A stretch of DNA of 63,848 nt, counting the filler, from Octopus bimaculoides (Eukaryota), in the NCBI RefSeq assembly GCF_001194135.2. It is 3 parts of 3 records of this genome, joined end to end, with 100 filler letters (N's around TTAATTAATTAA, not from the genome) between each part and the next. Parts side by side here need not be neighbours in the genome. Positions count along the whole stretch, not along the records: positions 31,850 to 62,659 come from NC_068984.1; positions 62,760 to 63,848 come from NC_069003.1; 1 more part is not named here. One strand, given 5' to 3'. The notes below the pieces were generated by a model. It did no database searches, was not told the origin of the DNA, and was given only the letters and a program-made list of their open reading frames with translations. The position numbers were made by a program, and so were the translations under genes. Every line of letters starts with the position of its first letter. The stretch's first letter is position 1. This document shows positions 55,211 to 63,848 of this stretch, one piece after another.

Positions 55211-56939
55211 TGCAAATGTTAGATATCGCTGTACAGGTGTCAGAAAATTGCAATCAACAGAGAACGATGGGAAGGTGTGTAATTTGGAAGGTGGGGGAGT
55301 TGGGGAGAGATGGTGGTGGAGAGGGACAACAGTAACAACAACACTGACAGCACTGAGTAAGGAAGGCAAAGAGGAGGGGAAGGAAGAGGAGGGGAAGGAA
55401 GAGGAGGGGAAGGAAGAGGAGGGGAAGNNNNNNNNNNNNNNNNNNNNNNNNNNNNNNNNNNNNNNNNNNNNNNNNNNNNNNNNNNNNNNNNNNNNNNNNN
55501 NNNNNNNNNNNNNNNNNNNNNNNNNNNNNNNNNNNNNNNNNNNNNNNNNNNNNNNNNNNNNNNNNNNNNNNNNNNNNNNNNNNNNNNNNNNNNNNNNNNN
55601 NNNNNNNNNNNNNNNNNNNNNNNNNNNNNNNNNNNNNNNNNNNNNNNNNNNNNNNNNNNNNNNNNNNNNNNNNNNNNNNNNNNNNNNNNNNNNNNNNNNN
55701 NNNNNNNNNNNNNNNNNNNNNNNNNNNNNNNNNNNNNNNNNNNNNNNNNNNNNNNNNNNNNNNNNNNNNNNNNNNNNNNNNNNNNNNNNNNNNNNNNNNN
55801 NNNNNNNNNNNNNNNNNNNNNNNNNNNNNNNNNNNNNNNNNNNNNNNNNNNNNNNNNNNNNNNNNNNNNNNNNNNNNNNNNNNNNNNNNNNNNNNNNNNN
55901 NNNNNNNNNNNNNNNNNNNNNNNNNNNNNNNNNNNNNNNNNNNNNNNNNNNNNNNNNNNNNNNNNNNNNNNNNNNNNNNNNNNNNNNNNNNNNNNNNNNN
56001 NNNNNNNNNNNNNNNNNNNNNNNNNNNNNNNNNNNNNNNNNNNNNNNNNNNNNNNNNNNNNNNNNNNNNNNNNNNNNNNNNNNNNNNNNNNNNNGAAGAA
56101 GAAGAAGAAGAAGAAGAAGAAGAAGAAGAAGAAGAAGAAGAAGAAGAAGAAGAATATGATTATGATGATGATGATAACCAGAAGTCTCAATCAAAATGTA
56201 GATGATAGACATCCACAGAATAGGTGGTGCTAGTGGCAACAAGAGGCAAAAGATGAAACTTACATTATGTGTCTGATAAATAGTAAAGAGGATGGTGGTG
56301 GTGGTGGTGGTGGTGGTATGAATTAACCAATCAAAAGATAGAAAGCAGAACAAATAAAAAAAAAAATTACAGTAAAGGTATTGACCAATAAAAAAATGAG
56401 TGAGGATGAAGAAAGAATGAAGCTTTGAGGGTAACTGACCAATCAACACTGAACAAAACTAGATAAATGATGAAGTAGTGAATATGTTGACTAATGAGCA
56501 ATGAGTGATGATGGACTATGACTGAAATGGTAATGGTGATTGATCAATCAATAATCAATGAAAATGGACCCCGCCTCTCAACAATTATGCAGTCCCCAAG
56601 AATTATATAGCACCCAACAATTGTACAATTACTGATACACTACAAATTTCAGGTAGGGCCCACAATATAGTCCTGCTCTCACATGTGAAAATCTAGGACG
56701 TCTCTGTTGCTACTGCTACACAGGGACACCCTGAATCACATCCAGAAAAGAATCCCCCAATTTAGTTTTCTTACTTAACCCCTTAGCCTTTAAACTGGCC
56801 AAATCCAGCCAAAATATTCCACCTGTTTTATGTTCAAACAGGTCAGATCTCGTTTCTCACACCAACCCTACAATATCATTCTAAAAAATTAACAGTTTCC
56901 TCATCAAAATCTCAAAGCCACTGATTAATTCAAAACTTC

Positions 56940-57210
56940 CTTGTCTCTTTTCTATAAGTATTTCCATGGACATTGTTCAGCTGAGCTCTCTACTCTGGTT
57001 CCTCCTTCAAGAACTTATCAGCGATCAACTAGACTTGCATCTAGTTCTCATCAGTATATTTTGTGCAACCGCCTAAGTATCGTAAAGCACTTTACAGTAC
57101 CAGTATTTTCCCTCACCCTTCTGAACTTTGGAATTCCCTTCCACAGTCTTGTTTTCCTCTTCAATATGTCCTCCTCTAGTCTTTTAAGTCTAATGTACAT
57201 CGTCACCTAT
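56940..57210 (+). mobile_element. CR1/Jockey-group LINE 3' end
   Basis: SLFYKYFHGHCSAELSTLVPP...RSTR..., then (frameshift) LWNSLPQSCFPLQY...FKSNVHRHL. Confidence 0.8.
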
Positions 57211-57212
57211 TG

Positions 57213-57875
57213 ACAATATGAAAACCTTATTAGCATGTTAATCTCTCCATGTACCTCTGGTGGCTCATTGAAAACTTCACACTTGCTTATACTCCACTGG
57301 TGGTACATTTTCATAATTTGATAAAATATTTTATTCTGCATCTTTGACACGTTTCCAGTGGTCTAAGGACCTTGTAAGGAGCAAATGCTTTAAAGAAATA
57401 AAAAAAAACTATGTGAATAAATAAACATTATTTTTGACAGAAGAATGTGAAAGCTAAGGGATTAAGCCCTCCACTCCTGAGGGAACACAGACCATTGACA
57501 GCTTTCCTCCGCTGATTTTTGGTCTCCTTATTGACTCTACTTATAAACTATAGGGATACGAACATGATAACTGCCACAGCCTGTTACTGGAACTTACTGG
57601 TGATGCCATGTATTTCTGATAACACTGTATACCGTTTAATTACAAGGAAATGTGATATTTCTTTTTTGCATTTTTACAATATTTCATAATTAAACTTTAA
57701 TATTTAGCACTCATGTTATTTAAATATCCTCGAAATGGTGTCAAAGATGCAGAATAAAATATCTTATCAAATTATGAAAATGTACCACCAGTGGAGCATA
57801 AGCACGTGTAAAATTTGCAATGAGCCACCAGAGGTACATGAAGAGGTTAACATGCTAATAAGGTGTTCATATTGT
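57213..57875. mobile_element. MITE with ~140 bp terminal inverted repeats
   Basis: 57213-57350 is the reverse complement of about 57738-57875 (ACAATATGAA.ACCTTATTAGCATGTTAA...). Confidence 0.85.
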
Positions 57876-58092
57876 TTCCTTTTAATAGGAGGTGAAAGCA
57901 GTTTATAATAATTTTTAGTTTAATAAATTGTTAAAGGTTGATATTAGGGGTATGAGAGTATATTATTTTCTTCTTTTTTTTTTGTTGATAAGGTATCTGT
58001 GGTTTAGTTTTGTTAAGTCTTTAACCAACGGGAATAATAATATTACGGAGATGTACTTGCATAGCATGTAACCTGNNNNNNNNNNAACCATC

Positions 58093-58265
58093 AGATTCAC
58101 TTCGACATTTAAATTTAATTTGTCAAAATATTTTCGTCATTCTGAAACCGCGACCTGTTCACTGACAAAACTCTGTGGAGCATGGAATTTTGTCAGTGAA
58201 CAGGTCACGGTCTCAAAGCGACGAAAATATTTTGACAAATTAAATTGAAATGTTGAAGTGAATCT
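58093..58265. repeat. Long hairpin element: 78 bp arms, 17 nt loop
   Basis: 58093-58170 pairs with 58188-58265, with about 7 differences by manual comparison. Confidence 0.9.
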
Positions 58266-58592
58266 AACAGATTTTGCGTGTGTTTTTAAATGGCTTATAA
58301 ACACCTTCCAAACTGCAATTGTTAATAATGATGTAATCAAGACACAATTCAGTTAACGAAAAAGCTAATAATAAAATGGATTTTTTTTTTCTTTTTGGGG
58401 TTTAATTCTTCCTTCAGTGGTGATTTTTTTTTGTAGTGAATTTATTGGTGTTCTATTTATTTTGAACTGTCATTAATTGCTAGTCTGTTGTTAATTTTAA
58501 GATGAGGTTAATAACCTGAGTGATTACAAGCTGGCATAAATACATAGTGTCACATACAGTGAGAGTTTCTTTACTGTTCTTACTATTTTTTC

Positions 58593-59032
58593 GGCTGTGT
58601 GGTAAGTAGCTTGCTTACCAACCACATGGTTCTGGGTTCAGTCCCACTGCGTGGCACCTTAGGCAAGTGTCTTCTACTATAGCCTCGAGCCGACCAAAAC
58701 CTTGTGAGTGGATTTGGTAGACGGAAACTGAAAGAAGCCCGTCATATATATGTATGTATATATATANNNNNNNNNNNNNNNNNNNNNNNNNNNNNNNNAT
58801 ATATGTATGTATGTATGTGTGTGTATATGTTTGTGTGTCTGTGTTTGTCCCACCACCATCACTTGACAACCGATGCTGGTGTGTTCACGTCCCCGTGACT
58901 TAGCGGTTCGGCAAAAGGGACCAATAGAATAAGTACTAGGCTTACAAAGAATAAGTCCTGGGGTCGATTTGCTCGACTAAAGGTGGTGCTCCAGCATGGC
59001 TGCAGTCAAAATGATTGAAACAAGTAAAGAGT
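58593..59032 (+). mobile_element. SINE family A, full length
   Basis: Family match. Confidence 0.88.
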
Positions 59033-60370
59033 ATATCCAGTTAGTTTAGAACTTCCATCAATGCTTCTGTAAGTTTTTTTTTTCTATACTGACCCTATAC
59101 AAACCTATTTTTATTTCTGTGAAGTCCATATTAATCTAGTCTCTATCTTTAGACCTGTCCAACATGGTTAACCTTATCAGGAGCTTGTGTGCCACCGGCA
59201 TAGCTCTCACTGGCCTAGCTCTCTCTAACTGGCATAAAATCACTCAGCAGCATGCTTCAGCCTCTGATTCACAGATGTGCAGTCTCCTCTCCCTGTCTTT
59301 TTTTACCACTACTATAATAGCCTTTGCTCTTTGGAGATGGTTTGGTTCGTGCCACCACCATGGAATTTCTAAATGTTTTGCTACCCTGAGATTTATTAAT
59401 AATGATATATATATATATATATCATCATCGTTTAACGTCCGCTATTCATGCTAGCATGGGTTGGACGATTTGACTGAGGACTGGTGAAACCGGATGGTAT
59501 ATATATATATATGTATATATATACANNNNNNNNNNNNNNNNNNNNNNNNNNNNNNNNNNNNNNNNNNNNNNNNNNNNNNNNNNNNNNNNNNNNNNNNNNN
59601 NNNNNNNNNNNNNNNNNNNNNNNNNNNNNNNNNNNNNNNNNNNNNNNNNNNNNNNNNNNNNNNNNNNNNNNNNNNNNNNNNNNNNNNNNNNNNNNNNNNN
59701 NNNNNNNNNNNNNNNNNNNNNNNNNNNNNNNNNNNNNNNNNNNNNNNNNNNNNNNNNNNNNNNNNNNNNNNNNNNNNNNNNNNNNNNNNNNNNNNNNNNN
59801 NNNNNNNNNNNNNNNNNNNNCACCACCACCACTACCACCACCACCACCACTACCACCACCACCACCACTACCACCACCACCACGGCCATAGTTTAATGCC
59901 TGAAGCAAAACAGAAAGACAAGAAAAGAAATCAGACAATAAAGATGATGTGGATAATGGTGATGATGATGATGATGATGTATAACTGATGTAAACTGCTG
60001 GGTATTGTATAACTGAAACAGTTTCTGAAAGCTACAGGTCTCGTGGTTATTAATTCCGAGTGTAAATGAGTTTGTTACACTGTGGCATTGTGTCGATGTC
60101 GATAACTAAGTCGCAAAGATGTAATGATTGCTGTAGTGTTAATTTGCTCTCCATAGCTGTTCCACGGTGGCTGCAGTGAGCTGCTGATAAAGTCACTCAC
60201 ATCAATAGGCAAGTGACTGTCTGCAAGCCAGTCTGCTGTATACAAGTGAAAAATCCATAAAAACAAAGCCAGCTCAAAGAGACAAAATGGCTCTTATATG
60301 TATACAACTATCAGAATGGTCTATTTTTGCATTGATCCATTCCAGCGGAGAAATATTTCGTTCCAGCTTT

Positions 60371-60424
<54 letters not shown>

Positions 60425-60475
60425 TATATACATATATATACACATACATATATATACATATATATTCTTTTTTCT

Positions 60476-61320
60476 TTATTCTTTTACTTGTTTCAGTCAT
60501 TTGACTGTGGCCATGCTGGAGCACTGCCTTTACTCAAATCGACCCCAGGACTTATTCTTTGTAAGCCTAGTACTTATTCTATCGGTCCCTATGCCAAACC
60601 GCCAAATTACAGGGACGTAAACACACGGACTTCAGTTGTCAAGCGATGGTTGCAGGGACAAACACTGATACATACATACATACATACATACATACATACA
60701 TACACACACATACATACATACATACAAACATACATATGGTGGTTATCTACTCCTTATGCCAAGTTTGATCACCTCTTGTACCTTAGAACCATCGTGGCTT
60801 TTTAAACCAGACAATGTTCTGAAAAGACCCCCCACATAGATTGCACCTCCGATTTGTGCAACCAGGAACTGCAGATAAGTTCTGATCTTTGTGCATCTTA
60901 AAATGTCTTTCGAGGCCTCCGTTGGATTTGCAAACTGGCGTACACTGCATTCAAAGGTATGCACAGACATATAGGCAGAATAGTTGGTCGAGGTTCATTT
61001 TCCATGTGTTTGCAGATGAGATTTGAGGCCAGCAAAAGACAGGCATGGTCTGTCACAGACTGTGCACACAAAAAGGTCATTGTCATTCACCTTCTGAATC
61101 ATTACATTCTTCCTTAGATCTCTTTTGAGTCTAACATGTGCTATCCTATATATATGTATACAATGGGCTTCTTTCAGTTTCCGTATTCCAAATCAACTCC
61201 CAAGGCTTTGGTCGGCCTGAGGCTATAGTAGAAGACACTTGCCCAAGGTGTCACACTGTGGGACTGAACACAGAAACATGTGGTTGGTAAGCAAGCTACT
61301 TACCACACAGCCACTTCTGC
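60476..61320 (-). mobile_element. SINE family A split by a zinc-finger-encoding insert (60736-61140)
   Basis: Tail at 60476-60665, head at 61150-61320, foreign block inside the internal microsatellite. Confidence 0.8.
60795..61075 (-). pseudogene. Decayed triple C2H2-type zinc-finger coding fragment, probably a LINE (RTE-like) ORF C-terminus
   Basis: FVCTVCDRPCLSFAGLKSHLQTH; FECSV..CKSNGGLERHFKMH (frameshift); CNLCGG.FRTLSGLKSH (frameshift). One internal stop and no TGEKP linkers. Confidence 0.65.
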
Positions 61321-61719
61321 GATATATACATATATATAATAAAAAGCAGTTTTTTCTCTTCTAACACAAGCTATTCAATGAACAAACACAGCTGTGTGGT
61401 TAAGAAGTTAGAATTGCAACCACATGGTCTCGGGTTCAATCCTGATGTTAGACAAAAGAGTGTGTATACGCCTGTGTGTATGTGTGTGTGTGTGTGTAGT
61501 AGCAAACACCATTTTCCATGCTAGCATAGATTGGATAGCCTGACAGGAAAGGCATACAGCTGTAGAAAATAAATCCTGCCTCAGTGAATTGCATCCATGA
61601 CATGAAATGATGGTGACGATGAGAAATACAGATATAAACAAACAGACAGAGAGAGAGATGAATAAATGAATAGATAGATGGATAGCTAGGCAGAGAAACA
61701 GACAGACAGATAGGTGTTG

Positions 61720-61890
61720 TGTAAAAGCATCCAATACACCCTGTAAAGTAGTTACCATTAAGAAGGGCATCCAGCTGTAGAAACCATGCTAAAACAGACA
61801 TGGAGCTTGGGTAGCTCTTCAGCTGACCAGCTCCTGTCAAGCCGTCCAACCAATGCTAGCATGGAAAATGGATGCTGAATGATGAGGATG
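61720..61890 (+). mobile_element. SINE family C
   Basis: aagaagggcatccagctgtag...ccaatgctagcatggaaaatggatgctgaatgatg. Confidence 0.75.
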
Positions 61891-62102
61891 GTGATATGTA
61901 TGTGTGTGTCTTTTTAAGGGGGTACTGGAGCTTGCCAGCATAGAAAACGTTGAATGACTAAATGATAATGACGATAATGATGATGATGATGATGATGATG
62001 ATGATATATGTATTCTAGGCAGTGCTCCAGCATGGCCACCGTCTAATGACTGAAACAAGTAAAAGAATAAAAAGATAGATAGATATACATATATATATAT
62101 AT

Positions 62103-62135
<33 letters not shown>

Positions 62136-62834
62136 CAGATGGATGGACAAACAGAGACAGACAGATAGAATGGTAGATAGACAGACAGGCAGGTAGAAAG
62201 GTAGGTAGATGGATACATAGACAGACAGACTAAGACCAAAAAAAGCTAGAGAGAGAGCCAAAGGCAGAAAGAACAAGGTTGGCTTTGTTCCACAACAAGA
62301 CACATGCCTACATACGAGTAAGTGATTATAAGAAGAGATTTGTGAAATGCTTTAGGTTTTTGCAAGATATTGATGAAGTTCTTGACAAGATGTGAGAGGA
62401 GGCAAATGGCAGTATGGATTAGCAGATCAGCAAAATACATTTGTTGCATTAGTGAAGAATGGCAGGTTTAATCTGAAGCAATGTCAGCAATGGAATCTAT
62501 GGGGATGAAGGTGACGGTGGAGAGGATGGTGGTGGTGGTGGTGGTGACAGCGGTCATGGTGGCAATGGCGAAGGTGAGGGTCATGAGGGTGGTGTTGGTG
62601 ATGGTGGTGGTAGGGTGGAGGTGGAGGTGAAGTGGAAGTGGGGGTGAGGTGGAGGTGGGNNNNNNNNNNNNNNNNNNNNNNNNNNNNNNNNNNNNNNNNN
62701 NNNTTAATTAATTAANNNNNNNNNNNNNNNNNNNNNNNNNNNNNNNNNNNNNNNNNNNNAAGTATTTGGGCCAATGCCATCGACTAAACCTTAAGGCTCG
62801 TCGCCTTAAGAGAAAAACAAAATAATAATCCTTT

Positions 62835-63043
62835 CTGCTATAGGCACAAGGCCTGAAATTTGGAGGAGGGGGAGGATAGTCGATTATATCGACCCCGGTG
62901 TTCAGCTGGTACTTAATTTATCGACCCCGAAAGGATGACAGGTAAAGCCGACCTCGGCGGAATTTGAACACAGAACGTAGCGACGGGCGAAATACCGCTA
63001 AGCATTTCGCCCGGCGTGCTAACGTTTCAGCCAGCTCACCACC
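62835..63043 (-). mobile_element. SINE family B in intron 1 of the SDR gene
   Basis: Family match, CpGs retained. Confidence 0.85.
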
Positions 63044-63052
63044 TTAAGAGAA

Positions 63053-63096
<44 letters not shown>

Positions 63097-63118
63097 TCAA
63101 AAACGAAACAGTACATAC

Positions 63119-63419
63119 CAGCTCCGGTGATTAATACAATGTAACCTTTGACATTCTTAGACTGGTATTTCACTGGCAAGATCTGTTTCAAGGTTGTCTC
63201 CAGAAGTAGGTAAAGAAGTCCAATTATAGTTCTTACGCAGTCCCATCCTAGTGCCATGTAAGACCAGAAATTCGCATTGGTATCGGTATTATTACCATCT
63301 TCCGAATTCACCTGGTTCGCTGTTGTAGAAACGTTGTTCTCTGTACAGTTAGCAGCTTCCGTGTGGATGTTGTTTGCCATTTGGGGCATCTGGTTCTCGG
63401 AGTTTGCAGCAGCAACCAT
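63119..63419 (-). CDS. First coding exon of an SDR16C-family short-chain dehydrogenase/reductase (epidermal retinol dehydrogenase 2 / RDH10 / HSD17B11-like)
   Basis: ATG at 63419 gives MVAAANSENQ...FWSYMALGWDCVRTIIGLLYLLLETTLKQILPVKYQSKNVKGYIVLITGA(G): a hydrophobic anchor followed by the typical SDR16C P-x-x-K-x-V-x-G-x-IVLITGAG start of the Rossmann fold. Homology stops at a phase-1 donor GCT G|GTATGT (intron starts at 63118). The start codon is uncertain because downstream in-frame Mets exist. Confidence 0.88.
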
Positions 63420-63848
63420 TGCAGCGAACAGATTTAGATGTGCAGCCACAGCGAAGTTGTTGTTGTTGTTGATTTTTTTTTTTTATGAAAAAAAAAAAAA
63501 TTGCCTGTTCAAACTTGTGTAATGGCGTTTTTTGTACGACGTTAAAATACTTGCTTAACGCTCATTATTAACTGTTTTTATTTATAAGCACCTGCGCGTC
63601 TTATTCCAGTTTATTTTGGATTTCACCTTTTTTTTTTTTATTCTTGTTGTTACGATAGATTTTTTTAATTTTCTTTTTCTTTTCTATCATGTAACTACTT
63701 CTTTTCTTCGTCTTACTTTTTTTTTTCTTCTTTCTCTCTTCCCTTTTCTGTTTGTTTTTGTTAACTCACATGGCGTAGTAGTAGAAGAAAGAGGTCCTTC
63801 ATTCTTACTGCAATAAACCTAAATATAACAACAAAAAAAAAAAAAAAA
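63420..63848 (-). promoter_or_regulatory. Probable 5' UTR / promoter region of the SDR gene, CpG-retaining
   Basis: Lies immediately upstream of the SDR ATG and retains many CpGs (e.g. tacgacgtt, tgcgcgtc) compared with 34-62 kb. The TSS cannot be located. Confidence 0.4.

Noticed and set aside
12709-56449. Long ORFs in the supplied track (poly-I, poly-X, YIYI, poly-V/S)
   Set aside because: They are translations of microsatellites and N gaps, not genes.
62279-62328. Plus-strand VGFVPQQD followed by GTAAGT, reminiscent of an ABCG motif
   Set aside because: No polypyrimidine acceptor and no other ABC exons, so probably chance.
1-63848. CRISPR arrays, rRNA, prokaryotic operons
   Set aside because: No repeat-spacer arrays or rRNA-like sequence were seen, and the window is eukaryotic repeat-rich DNA.

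Overview
AT-rich, gap-ridden eukaryotic scaffold with many N runs, dense microsatellites and tRNA-derived SINEs. The repeat families look coleoid, probably Octopus, which is an inference and not a database match. Almost all of it is non-coding or transposon-derived. The only host coding sequence I can support is the first coding exon of an SDR16C-family short-chain dehydrogenase (retinol dehydrogenase / 17-beta-HSD11-like) on the minus strand at 63119-63419, ending in a canonical GT donor. I could not find its downstream exons. The rest comprises decayed R4/Dong-type (RLE) LINEs next to trinucleotide repeats, RTE, CR1-like and Tx1-like LINE scraps, a fossil Tigger/pogo transposase, three foldback/MITE elements and four recurrent SINE families. 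The most interesting signals are (i) minimal Penelope-type hammerhead-ribozyme motifs, one sitting behind a tRNA-like Pol III head; (ii) a CpG-rich / CpG-poor / CpG-rich mosaic; (iii) nested insertions into the internal microsatellite of one SINE family; (iv) an Asn-rich N-terminal extension on the SDR. All long ORFs in the supplied track are microsatellite or N-gap artefacts. TE boundaries are approximate, read by eye.
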